Counted from the first letter of the stretch, positions 30,240 to 46,500 are shown. The stretch is 64,000 nt of DNA from Eledone cirrhosa (GCA_964016885.1 OZ024742.1:73036001-73100000); one strand, 5' to 3'. Numbers and translations: made by a program. The notes: generated by a model not told the origin, from the sequence alone.

Positions 30240-33200
30240 GTGTATTATAGAAGACGATACCAAGACAGTGTATTATAGAAGACTATAGTACTACAGTCTA
30301 ATATAGAATACTATAGCAAGACAGTGTATTATAGATGACTATGACAAGACAGTGTATTATAGAAGACTATAGTACTACAGTTTATTATAGAAGACTAGAG
30401 CAATGTAGTGTATTATAGAAGACTATAGCAAGAGAGTGTATTATAGAAGACTATAGAACTACAGTGTATTATAGAATACTATAGTACTACAGTGTATTAT
30501 AGAAGACTATAGCAATGCAGTGTATTATAGAAGACTAGAGCAAGACAGTGTATTATAGAAGACTATAGCAATACAGTGTATTATAGAAGACTGTAGCAGG
30601 ACAGTGTATTATAGTAGACTATAATACTACAGTGTATTACAGAAGACTATAGCAAGACAGTGTATTATAGAAGACTATAGTACTACAGTATATTATAGAA
30701 GACTATAGTACTACAGTGTATTAGAGAAGACGATAGCAAGACAGTATATTATAGACTATAGCAATACAATGTATTATAGAAGACTATAGCAAGACAGTGT
30801 ATTATAGAAAACTATAGCAATACAGTGTATTATAGAAGACTGTAGCAAGACAGTGTATCATAGAAGACTATAGCAATACAGTGTATTATAGAAGACTATA
30901 GCAAGACAGTGTATTATAGAAGACTATAGCAATACAGTGTATTATAGAAGACTATAGCAATACAGTGTATTATAGAAGACTGTAGCAAGACAGTGTATTA
31001 TAGAAGACTGTAGCAATACAGTGTATTATAGAAGACTGTAGCAAGACAGTGTATTATAGAAGACTATAGCAATACAGTGTATTATAGAAGACTATAGCAA
31101 GACAGTGTATTATAGAAGACTATAGCAATACAGTGTATTATAGAAGACTGTAGCAAGACAGTGTATTATAGAAGACTATAGCAATACAGTGTATTATAGA
31201 AGACTATAGCAAGACAGTGTATTATAGAAGACTATAGCAATACAGTGTATTATAGAAGACTGTAGCAAGACAGTGTATTATAGAATACTATAGCAATACA
31301 GTGTATTATAGAAGACTATAGCAAGACAGTGTATTATAGAAGACTATAGCAATACAGTGTATTATAGAAGACTATAGCAATACAGTGTATTATAGAAGAC
31401 TATAGCAAGACAGTGTATTATAGAAGACTATAGCAATACAGTGTGTTATAGATGACTATAGCAAGACAGTGTATTATAGAAGACTATACCATAGATTTTA
31501 TTGTAGTAGTCTATAGTAAGACAGTGTATTATAGAAGACTATAGCAAGACAGTGTATTATAGAAGACTATAGTACTACGTTATATTGTAGAAGACTATAG
31601 CAAGACAGTGTATTATAGAAGACTATAGCAAGACAGTGTATTATAGAAGACTATAGTACTACAGTGTATCAGAGAAAACATTAGCAAGACAGTATATTAT
31701 AGTAGACTATAGCAAGACAGTGTATTATAGAAAACTATAGCAATACAGTGTATTATAGAAGACTATAGCAAGACAGTGTATTATAGAAAACTATAGCAAT
31801 ACAGTGTATTATAGAAGACTATAGCAAGACAGTGTATTATAGAAAACTATAACAATACAGTGTATTATAGAAGACTATAGCAAGACAGTATATTATAGAG
31901 GACTATAACAAGACAGTGTATTATAGAAGACTATAGTACTACAGTATATTATAGAAGACTATAGCAAGACAGTGTATTTTAGAAGACTATAGTACTAGAG
32001 CGTATTATAGAAGACTATAGCAATACAGAGAATTATAGAAGACTACAGTATATTATAGAAGACTATAGCAAGACAGTGTATTATAGAAGACTATAGCAAT
32101 ACAGTGTATTATAGAAGACTATAGCAAGACAGTGTATTGTAGAAGACTATAGCAATACAGTGTATTATAGAAGACTATAGCAACACAGTATATTATAGAA
32201 GACTATAGCAAGACAGTGTATTATAGAAGACGATACCAAGACAGTGTATTATAGAAGACTATAGTACTACAGTCTAATATAGAATACTATAGCAAGACAG
32301 TGTATTATAGATGACTATGACAAGACAGTGTATTATAGAAGACTATAGTACTACAGTTTATTATAGAAGACTAGAGCAATGTAGTGTATTATAGAAGACT
32401 ATAGCAAGAGAGTGTATTATAGAAGAGTATAGAACTACAGTGTATTATAGAATACTATAGTACTACAGTGTATTATAGAAGACTATAGCAATGCAGTGTA
32501 TTATAGAAGACTAGAGCAAGACAGTGTATTATAGAAGACTATAGCAATACAGTGTATTATAGAAGACTGTAGCAGGACAGTGTATTATAGTAGACTATAA
32601 TACTACAGTGTATTACAGAAGACTATAGCAAGACAGTGTATTATAGAAGACTATAGTACTACAGTATATTATAGAAGACTATAGTACTACAGTGTATTAG
32701 AGAAGACGATAGCAAGACAGTATATTATAGACTATAGCAATACAATTTATTATAGAAGACTATAGCAAGACAGTGTATTATAGAAAACTATAGCGATACA
32801 GTGTATTATAGAAGACTGTAGCAAGACAGTGTATCATAGAAGACTATAGCAATACAGTGTATTATAGAAGACTATAGCAAGACAGTGTATTATAGAAGAC
32901 TATAGCAATACAGTGTATTATAGAAGACTATAGCAATACAGTGTATTATAGAAGACTGTAGCAAGACAGTGTATTATAGAAGACTGTAGCAATACAGTGT
33001 ATTATAGAAGACTGTAGCAAGACAGTGTATTATAGAAGACTATAGCAATACAGTGTATTATAGAAGACTATAGCAAGACAGTGTATTATAGAAGACTATA
33101 GCAATACAGTGTATTATAGAAGACTGTAGCAAGACAGTGTATTATAGAAGACTATAGCAATACAGTGTATTATAGAAGACTATAGCAATACAGTGTATTA

Positions 33201-34130
33201 TAGAAGACTATAGCAATACATTGTATTATAGAAGACTATAGCAATACAGTATATTATAGAAGACTATAGCAAGACAGTGTATAATAGAAGACTAAAGCAA
33301 GACAGTATATTATAGAAGACTATAGCAAGACAGTGTATTATAGAAGACTATAGCAATACAGTGTGTTATAGATGACTATAGCAAGACAGTGTATTATAGA
33401 AGACTATACCATAGATTTTATTGTAGTAGTCTATAGTAAGACAGTGTATTATAGAAGACTATAGCAAGACAGTGTATTATAGAAAACTATAGTACTACGT
33501 TATATTGTAGAAGACTATAGCAAGACAGTGTATTATAGAAGACTATAGCAAGACAGTGTATTATAGAAAACTATAGTACTACAGTGTATCAGAGAAGACA
33601 TTAGCAAGACAGTATATTATAGTAGACTATAGCAAGACAGTGTATTATAGAAAACTATAGCAATACAGTGTATTATAGAAGACTATAGCAAGACAGTGTA
33701 TTATAGAAAACTATAGCAATACAGTGTATTATAGAAGACTATAGCAAGACAGTGTATTATAGAAAACTATAGCAATACAGTGTATTATAGAAGACTATAG
33801 CAAGACAGTATATTATAGAGGACTATAACAAGACAGTGTATTATAGAAGACTATAGTACTACAGTATATTATAGAAGACTATAGCAAGACAGTGTATTTT
33901 AGAAGACTATAGTACTAGAGCGTATTATAGAAGACTATAGCAATACAGAGAATTATAGAAGACTACAGTATATTATAGAAGACTATAGCAAGACAGTGTA
34001 TTATAGAAGACTATAGCAATACAGTGTATTATAGAAGACTATAGCAAGACAGTGTATTGTAGAAGACTATAGCAATACAGTGTATTATAGAAGACTATAG
34101 CAATACAGTATATTATAGAAGACTATAGCA
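30240..34130. repeat. About 1.9-2.0-kb tandem sub-block duplication within the satellite
   Basis: GACGATAC 30253/32229 (+1976); ATAGATTTTA 31491/33411 (+1920). Confidence 0.75.
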
Positions 34131-37100
34131 AGACAGTGTATTATAGAAGACTATAGCAAGACAGTATATTATAGAAGACTATAGCAAGACAGTGTATTAT
34201 AGAAGACTATAGCAATACAGTGTGTTATAGATGACTATAGCAAGACAGTGTATTATAGAAGACTATACCATACATTTTATTGTAGTAGTCTATAGTATGA
34301 CAGTGTATTATAGAAGACTATAGCAAGACAGTGTATTATAGAAGACTATAGTACTACGTTATATTGTAGAAGACTATAGCAAAACAGTGTATTATAGAAG
34401 ACTATAGCAAGACAGTGTATTATAGAAGACTATAGTACTACAGTGTATCAGAGAAGACATTAGCAAGACAGTATATTATAGTAGACTATAGCAAGACAGT
34501 GTATTATAGAAAACTATAGCAATACAGTGTATTATAGAAAACTATAGCAATACAGTGTATTATAGAAGACTATAGCAAGACAGTATATTATAGAGGACTA
34601 TAACAAGACATTGTATTATAGAAGACTATAGTACTACAGTATTTTATAGAAGACTATAGCAAGACAGTGTATTTTAGAAGACTATAGTACTAGAGCGTAT
34701 TATAGAAGACGATAGCAATACAGAGAATTATAGAAGACTACAGTATATTATAGAAGACTATAACAAGACAGTGTATTATAGAAGACTATAGCAATACATT
34801 GTATTATAGAAGACTATAGCAATGCAGTGTATTATAGAATACTATAGCAAGACCGTGTATTATAGAAGACTATAGCAATACATTGTATTATAGAAGACTA
34901 TAGCAATGCAGTGTATTATAGAAGACTATAGCAAGACAGTGTATTATAGAAGACTATGGCAAGACAGTGTATTATAGATGACTATAGCAATACAGTGTAT
35001 TATAGAACACTATAGTACTACAGTGTATTATAGAAGACTATAGTACTACAGTGTATAAGAGAAGACTATACCATACATTTTATTGTAGTAGTCTATAGTA
35101 AGACAGTGTATTATAGAAGACTATAGCAAGACAGTGTTTTATAGAAGAGTATAGCAATGCAGTGTATTATAGAAGACTATAGCAAGACAGTGTATTACAG
35201 AAGACTATAGTACTACAATGTATCAGAGAAGACATTAGCAAGACAGTATATTATAGTAGACTATAGCAATACAGTGTATTATAGAAGACTATAGCAAGAC
35301 AGTGTATTATAAAAGACTATAGCAAGACAGTATATTATAGAGGACTATAGCAAGACAGTGTATTATAGAAGACTATAGCAAGACAGTGTATTATAGAAGA
35401 CTATATCAATACAGTGTATTATAGAAGACTATAGCAATACAGTGTATTATAGAAGACTATAGCAATACAGTGTATTATAGAAGATTATACCAAGAGAGTG
35501 TATTATAGAAGACTATAGCAAGACAGTATATTATAGAGGACTATAGTACTACAGTATATTATAGAAGACTATAGCAAGACAGTGTATTATAGAAGACTAT
35601 AGTACTAGAGCGTATTATAGAAGACTATAGTAATACAGAGAATTATAGAAGACTATAGAAAGACAGTGTATTATAGAAGAATATATACTACAGTGTATTA
35701 TAGAAGATTATACCAAGAGAGTGTATTATAGAAGACTATACCATACAGTGTATTATGGAAGACGATACCATACATTTTATTGTAGTAGTCTATAGTAAGA
35801 CAGTGTATTATAGAAGACTATAGCAATGCAGTGTATTATAGAAGACTATAGCAAGACAGTGTATTATAGAAGACTATAGCAAGACAGTGTATTATAGAAG
35901 ACGATACCAAGACAGTGTATTATAGAAGACTATAGTACTACAGTCTAATATAGAATACTATAGCAAGACAGTGTATTATAGATGACTATGACAAGACAGT
36001 GTATTATAGAAGACTATAGTACTACAGTTTATTATAGAAGACTAGAGCAATGTAGTGTATTATAGAAGACTATAGCAAGACAGTGTATTATAGAAGACTA
36101 TAGAACTACAGTGTATTATAGAATACTATAGTACTACAGTGTATTATAGAAGACTATAGCAATATAGTGTATTATAGAAGACTAGAGCAAGACAGTGTAT
36201 TATAGAAGACTATAGCAATACAGTGTATTATAGAAGACTGTAGCAGGACAGTGTATTATAGTAGACTATAATACTACAGTGTATTATAGAAGACTATAGC
36301 AAGACAGTGTATTATAGAAGACTATAGCAATACAGTGTATTACAGAAGACTATAGCAAGATAGTGTATTATAGAAGACTATAGTACTACAGTGTATTATA
36401 GAAGACTATATACTACAGTGTATTATAGAAGACTATAGCAAGACAGTGTATTATAGAAGACTACAGTACTACAGTGTATTATAGAAGACTATAGCAAGAC
36501 AGTGTATTATAGAAGACTATACCATATATTTTATTGTAGTAGTCTATAGTAAGACAGTGTATTATAGAAGAATATAGAAATACAGTTTATTATAGAAGAC
36601 TAGAGCAATGCAGTGTATTGTAGAAGACTATAGCAAGACAGTGTATTAAAGAATACGATAGAACTACAGTGTATTATAGAAGATATAGCAATCGAATGTA
36701 TTATAGAAGACTATAGCAAGACAGTGTATTATAGAGGACTATAGCAAGACAGTGTATTATAGAAGACTATAGCAATACAGTGTATTACAGAAGACTATAG
36801 CAAGACAGTGTATTATAGAAGACTATAGTACTACAGTGTATTATAGAAGACATTATACTACAGTGTATTATAGAAGACTATAGCAAGACAGTGTATTATA
36901 GAAGACTATACCATACATTTTATTGTAGTAGTCTATAGTAAGACAGTGTATTATAGAAGACTATAGCAAGACAGTGTATTATAGAAGACTATAGTACTAC
37001 GTTATATTGTAGAAGACTATAGCAAGACAGTGTATTATAGAAGACTATAGCAAGACAGTGTATTATAGAAGACTATAGCAAGACAGTGTATTATAGAAAA

Positions 37101-38974
37101 CTATAGCAATACAGTGTATTATAGAAAACTATAGCAATACTGTGTATTATAGAAGACTATAGCAAGACAGTGTATTATAGAAAACTATAGCAATACAGTG
37201 TATTATAGAAGACTATAGCAAGACAGTGTATTATAGAAAACTATAGCAATACCGTGTATTATAGAAGACTATAGCAAGACAGTATATTATAGAGGACGAT
37301 AACAAGGCAGTGTATTATAGAAGACTATAGTACTACAGTATATTATAGTAGACTATAGCAAGACAGTGTATTTTAGAAGACTATAGTACTAGAGCGTATT
37401 ATAGAAGACTATAGCAATACAGAGAATTATAGAAGACTACAGTATATTATAGAAGACTATAGCAAGACAGTGTATTATAGAAGACTATAGCAATACATTG
37501 TATTATAGAAGACTATAGCAATGCAGTGTATTATAGAAGACTATAGCAAGACAGTGTATTATAGAAGACTATGGCAAGACAGTGTATTATAGATGACTAT
37601 AGCAATACAGTGTATTATAGAACACTATAGTACTACAGTGTATTATAGAAGACTATAGCAAGACATTGTATTATAGAAGACTATAGTACTACAGTGTATT
37701 AGAGAAGACTATAGCAAGACAGTGTATTATAGAAAACTATAGCAATACAGTGTATTATAGAAAACTATAGCAATACAGTGTATTATAGAAGACTATAGCA
37801 ATACAGTGTATTATAGAAGACTATAGCAATACAGTGTATTATAGAAGACTATAGCAATACAGTGTATTATAGAAGACTATAGCAATACAGTGTATTATAG
37901 AAGACTATAGCAATACAGTGTATTATAGAAGACTATAGCAATACAGTGTATTATAGAAGACTATAGCAAGACAGTGTATTATAGAAGACTATACCATACA
38001 TTTTATTGTAGTAGTCTATAGTAAGAAAGTGTATTATAGAAGACTATAGCAAGACAGTGTATTATAGAAGACTATAGCAATGCAGTGTATTATAGAAGAC
38101 TATAGCAAGACAGTGTATTATAGAAAACTGTAGCATTACAGTGTATTATAGAAGACTATAGCAATACAGTGTATTATAGAAGACTATAGCAATACAGTGT
38201 ATTATAGAAGACTATAGCATTACAGTGTATTATAGAAAACTATAGCATTACAGTGTATTATAGAAGACTATAGCAATACAGTGTATTATAGAAGACTATA
38301 GCAAGACAGTGTATTATAGAAGACTATACCATACATTTTATTGTAGTACTCTATAGTAAGAAAGTGTATTATAGAAGACTATAGCAAGACAGTGTATTAT
38401 AGAAGACTATAGCAATGCAGTGTATTATAGAAGACTATAGCAAGACAGTGTATTATAGAAAACTATAGCATTACAGTGTATTATAGAAGACTATAGCAAT
38501 ACAGTGTATTATAGAAGACTATAGCAATACAGTGTATTATAGAAGACTATAGCAATGCAGTGTATTATAAAAGACTGTAGCATTACAGTGTATTATAGAA
38601 AACTATAGCATTACAGTGTATTATAGAAGACTATAGCAATACAGTGTATTATAGAAGACTATAGCAATACAGTGTATTATAGAAGACTATAGCAATACAG
38701 TGTATTATAGAAGACTATAGCAATACAGTGTATTATAGAAGACTATAGCAAGACAGTGTATTATAGAAGACTATACCATACATTTTATTGTAGTAGTCTA
38801 TAGTAAGACAGTGGATTATAGAAGACTATAGCAAGACAGTGTTTTATAGAAGACTATAGCAATGCAGTGTATTATAGAAGACTATAGCAAGACAGTGTAT
38901 TATAGAAGACTATAGTACTACGGTATATTGTAGAAGACTATAGCAAGACAGTGTATTATAGAAGACTATAGCAA

Positions 38975-41096
38975 GACAGTGTATTATAGAAGACTATAGT
39001 ATTACAGTGTATCAGAGAAGACATTAGCAAGACAGTATATTATAGTAGACTATAGCAATACGGTGTATTATAGAAGACTATAGCAAGACAGTGTATTATA
39101 AAAGACTATAGCAAGGCAGTAGATTATAGAGGACTATAGCAAGACAGTGTATTATAGAAGACTATAGTACTACAGTATGTTATAGTAAACTATATCAATA
39201 CAGTGTATTATAGAAGACTATAGCAATACAGTGTATTATAGAAGACTATAGCAATACAGTGTATTATAGAAGATTATACCAAGAGAGTGTATTATAGAAG
39301 ACTATAGTACTACAGTCTAATATAGAATACTATAGCAAGACAGTGTATTATAGATGACTATGACAAGACAGTGTATTATAGAAGACTATAGTACTACAGT
39401 TTATTATAGAAGACTAGAGCAATGTAGTGTATTATAGAAGACTATAGCAAGACAGTGTATTATAGAAGACTATAGAACTACAGTGTATTATAGAATACTA
39501 TAGTACTACAGTGTATTATAGAAGACTATAGCAACGCAATGTATTATAGAAGACTAGAGCAAGACAGTGTATTATAGAAGACTATAGCAATACAGTGTAT
39601 TATAGAAGACTGTAGCAGGACAGTGTATTATAGTAGACTATAATACTACAGTGTATTACAGAAGACTATAGCAAGACAGTGTATTATAGAAGACTATAGC
39701 AATACAGTGTATTACAGAAGACTATAGCAAGACAGTGTATTATAGAAGACTATAGTACTACAGTGTATTATAGAAGACTATATACTACAGTGTATTATAG
39801 AAGACTATAGCAAGACAGTGTATTATAGAAGACTATACCATATATTTTATTGTAGTAGTCTATAGTAAGACAGTGTATTATAGAAGAATATAGAAATACA
39901 GTGTATTATAGAAGACTAGAGCAATGCAGTGTATTGTAGAAGACTATAGCAAGACAGTGTATTAAAGAATACGATAGAACTACAGTGTATTATAGAAGAT
40001 ATAGCAATCGAATGTATTATAGAAGACTATAGAAAGACAGTGTATTATAGAAGACTATAGTATTACAGTGTATCAGAGAAGACATTAGCAAGACAGTATA
40101 TTATAGTAGACTATAGCAATACGGTGTATTATAGAAGACTATAGCAAGACAGTGTATTATAAAAGACTATAGCAAGGCAGTAGATTATAGAGGACTATAG
40201 CAAGACAGTGTATTATAGAAGACTATAGTACTACAGTATGTTATAGTAAACTATATCAATACAGTGTATTATAGAAGACTATAGCAATACAGTGTATTAT
40301 AGAAGACTATAGCAATACAGTGTATTATAGAAGATTATACCAAGAGAGTGTATTATAGAAGACTATAGTACTACAGTCTAATATAGAATACTATAGCAAG
40401 ACAGTGTATTATAGATGACTATGACAAGACAGTGTATTATAGAAGACTATAGTACTACAGTTTATTATAGAAGACTAGAGCAATGTAGTGTATTATAGAA
40501 GACTATAGCAAGACAGTGTATTATAGAAGACTATAGAACTACAGTGTATTATAGAATACTATAGTACTACAGTGTATTATAGAAGACTATAGCAACGCAA
40601 TGTATTATAGAAGACTAGAGCAAGACAGTGTATTATAGAAGACTATAGCAATACAGTGTATTATAGAAGACTGTAGCAGGACAGTGTATTATAGTAGACT
40701 ATAATACTACAGTGTATTACAGAAGACTATAGCAAGACAGTGTATTATAGAAGACTATAGCAATACAGTGTATTACAGAAGACTATAGCAAGACAGTGTA
40801 TTATAGAAGACTATAGTACTACAGTGTATTATAGAAGACTATATACTACAGTGTATTATAGAAGACTATAGCAAGACAGTGTATTATAGAAGACTATACC
40901 ATATATTTTATTGTAGTAGTCTATAGTAAGACAGTGTATTATAGAAGAATATAGAAATACAGTGTATTATAGAAGACTAGAGCAATGCAGTGTATTGTAG
41001 AAGACTATAGCAAGACAGTGTATTAAAGAATACGATAGAACTACAGTGTATTATAGAAGATATAGCAATCGAATGTATTATAGAAGACTATAGAAA
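38975..41096. repeat. 1,061-bp tandem sub-block duplication within the satellite
   Basis: ATTACAGTGTATCAG 39001/40062 and GATATAGCAATCG 39998/41059 (both +1061). Confidence 0.8.
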
Positions 41097-43351
41097 GACA
41101 GTGTATTATAGAAGACTATAGCAATACAGTGTATTATAGAAGACTATAGCAATACAGTGTATTATAGAAGACTATAGCAATACAGTGTATTATAGAAGAC
41201 TATAGCAAGACAGTGTATTATAGAAGACTATACCATACATTTTATTGTAGTAGTCTATAGTAAGAAAGTGTATTATAGAAGACTATAGCAATACAGTGTA
41301 CTATAGAAGACTATAGCAATACAGTGTATTATAGAAGACTATAGCATTACAGTGTATTATAGAAAACTATAGCATTACAGTGTATTATAGAAGACTATAG
41401 CAATACAGTGTATTATAGAAGACTATAGCAAGACAGTGTATTATAGAAGACTATACCATACATTTTATTGTAGTACTCTATAGTAAGAAAGTGTATTATA
41501 GAAGACTATAGCAAGACAGTGCATTATAGAAGACTATAGCAATGCAGTGTATTATAGAAGACTATAGCAAGACAGTGTATTATAGAAAACTATAGCATTA
41601 CAGTGTATTATAGAAGACTATAGCAATACAGTGTATTATAGAAGACTATAGCAATACAGTGTATTATAGAAGACTATAGCAATGCAGTGTATTATAAAAG
41701 ACTGTAGCATTACAGTGTATTATAGAAAACTATAGCATTACAGTGTATTATAGAAGACTATAGCAATACAGTGTATTATAGAAGACTATAGCAATACAGT
41801 GTATTATAGAAGACTATAGCAATACAGTGTATTATAGAAGACTATAGCAATACAGTGTATTATAGAAGACTATAGCAAGACAGTGTATTATAGAAGACTA
41901 TACCATACATTTTATTGTAGTAGTCTATAGTAAGACAGTGGATTATAGAAGACTATAGCAAGACAGTGTTTTATAGAAGACTATAGCAATGCAGTGTATT
42001 ATAGAAGACTATAGCAAGACAGTGTATTATAGAAGACTATAGTACTACGGTATATTGTAGAAGACTATAGCAAGACAGTGTATTATAGAAGACTATAGCA
42101 AGACAGTGTATTATAGAAGACTATAGTACTACAGTGTATCAGAGAAGACATTAGCAAGACAGTATATTATAGTAGACTATAGCAATACGGTGTATTATAG
42201 AAGACTATAGCAAGACAGTGTATTATAAAAGACTATAGCAAGGCAGTAGATTATAGAGGACTATAGCAAGACAGTGTATTATAGAAGACTATAGTACTAC
42301 AGTATGTTATAGTAAACTATATCAATACAGTGTATTATAGAAGACTATAGCAATACAGTGTATTATAGAAGACTATAGCAATACAGTGTATTATAGAAGA
42401 TTATACCAAGAGAGTGTATTATAGAAGACTATAGTACTACAGTCTAATATAGAATACTATAGCAAGACAGTGTATTATAGAAGCCTATAGTACTACAGTT
42501 TATTATAGAAGACTAGAGCAATGTAGTGTATTATAGAAGACTATAGCAAGACAGTGTATTATAGAAGACTATAGAACTACAGTGTATTATAGAATACTAT
42601 AGTACTACAGTGTATTATAGAAGACTATAGCAACGCAATGTATTATAGAAGACTAGAGCAAGACAGTGTATTATAGAAGACTATAGCAATACAGTGTATT
42701 ATAGAAGACTGTAGCAGGACAGTGTATTATAGTAGACTATAATACTACAGTGTATTACAGAAGACTATAGCAAGACAGTGTATTATAGAAGACTATAGCA
42801 ATACAGTGTATTACAGAAGACTATAGCAAGACAGTGTATTATAGAAGACTATAGTACTACAGTGTATTATAGAAGACTATATACTACAGTGTATTATAGA
42901 AGACTATAGCAAGACAGTGTATTATAGAAGACTATACCATATATTTTATTGTAGTAGTCTATAGTAAGACAGTGTATTATAGAAGAATATAGAAATACAG
43001 TGTATTATAGAAGACTAGAGCAATGCAGTGTATTGTAGAAGACTATAGCAAGACAGTGTATTAAAGAATACGATAGAACTACAGTGTATTATAGAAGATA
43101 TAGCAATCGAATGTATTATAGAAGACTATAGAAAGACAGTGTATTATAGAAGACTATAGCAATACAGTGTATTATAGAAGACTATAGCAGGACAGTGTTT
43201 TATAGTTGACTATAATACTACAGTGTATTACAGAAGACTATTGTATGACAGTGCATTATAGAAGACTATAGCAAGACAGTGTATTATAGAGGACTATAGC
43301 AAGACAGTGTATTATAGAAGACTATAGTACTACAGTGTATTACAGAAGACT

Positions 43352-43528
43352 TTGGCAGTATCGGTAGAGGGTCGGACGCCATGCTTTGACGCATAGAGTT
43401 ACGGCCCTTGCCATTCTGAGTTCAAATCCTGCCAAGGTTAACTTTGCCTTTCATCCTTACGGGGTCGATAAAATAAAGTACCAGTAACACACTGGGTAAT
43501 TGCTGGCCTTGTGCCAAATGTAGAAACA
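43352..43528 (+). mobile_element. tRNA-derived SINE (177 bp) inserted in the satellite, copy 1
   Basis: Non-satellite, GC-richer island. It has an A-box-like TGGCAGTATCGG (43353-43364), a B box GAGTTCAAATCC (43418-43429) and a central TTTGCCTTTCATCCTTACGGGGTCGATAAAATAAAGTACCAG resembling a conserved animal SINE central domain (Meta-domain-like, from memory). It is flanked by ATTACAGAAGACT / ATTATAGAAGACT, a 13-bp TSD-like phase duplication. Confidence 0.88.
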
Positions 43529-46500
43529 ATTATAGAAGACTATAGTACTACGGTGTATTATAGAAGACTATAGCAAGACAGTGTATTATAGAAGACTATA
43601 GTACTACAGTATATTGTAGAAGAGTATAGCAAGACAGTGTATTATAGAAGACTATAGTACTACAGTGTATTATAGAAGACTATAGCAAGACAGTATATTA
43701 TAGAAGACATTAGCAAGACAGTATATTATAGTAGACTATAGCAATATAGTGTATTATAGAAGACTATAGAAAGACAGTGTATTATAGAAGACTATAGCAA
43801 TACAGTGTATTATAGAAGACTATAGCAATACAGTGTATTATAGAAGACTATAGCAATACAGTATATTATAGAAGACTATAGAAAGACAGTGTATTATAGA
43901 AGACTATAGAAAGACAGTGTATTATAGAAGACTGTAGCAATACAGTGTATTATAGAAGACTATAGCAAGACAGTATTATAATAGACTATAGTACTACAGT
44001 GTATTACAGAAGACTATAGGAAGACAGTGTATTGTAGAAGACTATAGCAAGACAGTGTATTATAGAAGAGTATAGCAAGACAGTGTATTATAGAAGACTA
44101 TAGTACTACAGTGTATTATAGAAGACTAGAGCAACACAGTATATTATAGAAGACATTAGCAAGACAGTATATTATAGTAGACTATAGCAATATAGTGTAT
44201 TATAGAAGACTATAGAAAGACAGTGTATTATAGAAGACTATAGCAATACAGTGTATTATAGAAGACTATAGCAATACAGTATATTATAGAAGACTATAGA
44301 AAGACAGTGTATTATAGAAGACTATAGAAAGACAGTGTACTATAGTAGACTGTAGCAATACAGTGTATTATAGAAGACTATAGCAATACAGTGTATTATA
44401 GAAGACTATAGCAATACAGTGTATTATAGAAGACTATAGAAAGACAGTGTATTATAGAAGACTATAGCAATACAGTGTATTAAAGAAGTCTATACCAATA
44501 CAGTGTATTATAGAAGACTATAGCAATACAGTGTATTATAGAAGACTATACCAATACAGTGTATTATAGAAGACTATAGGAATACAGTGTATTATAGAAG
44601 ACTATAGAAAGACAGTGTATTAATAGAAGACTATAGCAATACAGTGTATTATAGAAGACTATAGAAATACAGTGTATTATAGAAGACTATAGCAATGCAG
44701 TGTATTATAGAAGACTATACCATACATTTTATTGTAGTAGTCTATAGTAAGACAGTGTATTATAGAAGACTATAGCAAGACAGTGTATTATAGAAGGCTA
44801 TAGTACTACGTTATATTTTAGAAGACTATAGCAAGACAGTGTATTATAGAAGACTATAGCAAGACAGTGTATTATAGAAGACTATAGTACTACAGTGTAT
44901 CAGAGAAGACATTAGCAAGACAGTATATTATAGTAGACTATAGCAAGACAGTGTATTATAGAAAACTATAGCAATACAGTGTATTATAGAAGACTATAGC
45001 AAGACAGTGTATTATAGAAAACTATAGCAATACAGTGTATTATAGAAGACTATAGAAAGACAGTATATTATAGAGGACTATAACAAGACAGTGTATTATA
45101 GAAGACTATAGTAATACAGTATATTATAGAAGACTATAGCAAGACAGTGTATTTTAGAAGACTATAGTACTAGAGCGTATTATAGAAGACTATAGCAATA
45201 CAGAGAATTATAGAAGACTACAGTATATTATAGAAGACTATAGCAAGACAGTGTATTATAGAAGACTATAGCAATACATTGTATTATAGAAGACTATAGC
45301 AATGCAGTGTATTATAGAAGACTATAGCAGGACAGTGTATTATAGAAGACTATGGCAAGACAGTGTATTATAGATGACTATAGCAATACAGTGTATTATA
45401 GAACACTATAGTACTACAGTGTATTATAGAAGACTATAGCAAGACATTGTATTATAGAAGACTATAGTACTACAGTATATTATAGAAGACTATAGTAATA
45501 CAGTGTATTAGAGAAGACTATAGCAAGACAGTGTATTATAGAAAACTATAGCAATACAGTGTATTATAGAAGACTATAGCAATACAGTGTATTATAGAAG
45601 ACTATAGCAATACAGTGTATTATAGAAGACTATAGCAATACAGTGTATTATAGAAGACTATAGCAATACAGTGTATTATAGAAGACTATAGCAATACAGT
45701 GTATTATAGAAGACTATAGCAATACAGTGTATTATAGAAGACTATAGCAAGACAGTGTATTATAGAAGACTATACCATACATTTTATTGTAGTAGTCTAT
45801 AGTAAGAAAGTGTATTATAGAAGACTATAGCAAGACAGTATATTATAGAAGACTATAGCAATGCAGTGTATTATAGAAGACTATAGCAAGACAGTGTATT
45901 ATAGAAAACTATAGCAATACAGTGTATTATAGAAGACTATAGCAATACAGTGTATTATAGAAGACTATAGCAATACAGTGTATTATAGAAGACTATAGCA
46001 AGACAGTGTATTATAGAAGACTATACCATACATTTTATTGTAGTAGTCTATAGTAAGACAGTGTATTATAGAAGACTATAGCAAGACAGTGTTTTATAGA
46101 AGACTATAGCAATGCAGTGTATTATAGAAGACTATAGCAAGACAGTGTATTATAGATGACTATAGTACTACGGTATATTGTAGAAGACTATAGCAAGACA
46201 GTGTATTATAGAAGACTATAGCAAGACAGTGTATTATAGAAGACTATAGTACTACAGTGCATCAGAGAAGACATTAGCAAGACAGTATATTATAGTAGAC
46301 TATAGCAATACAGTGTATTATAGAAGACTATAGCAAGACAGTGTATTATAAAAGACTATAGCAAGACAGTATATTATAGAGGGCTATAGCAAGAGAGTGT
46401 ATTATAGAAGACTATAGTACTACAGTATATTATAGTAAACTATATCAATACAGTGTATTATAGAAGACTATAGCAATACAGTGTATTATAGAAGACTATA

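Noticed and set aside
43352-43435. tRNA gene
   Set aside because: A/B boxes are present but I cannot fold a cloverleaf. The sequence continues into a SINE body and has a TSD-like flank.
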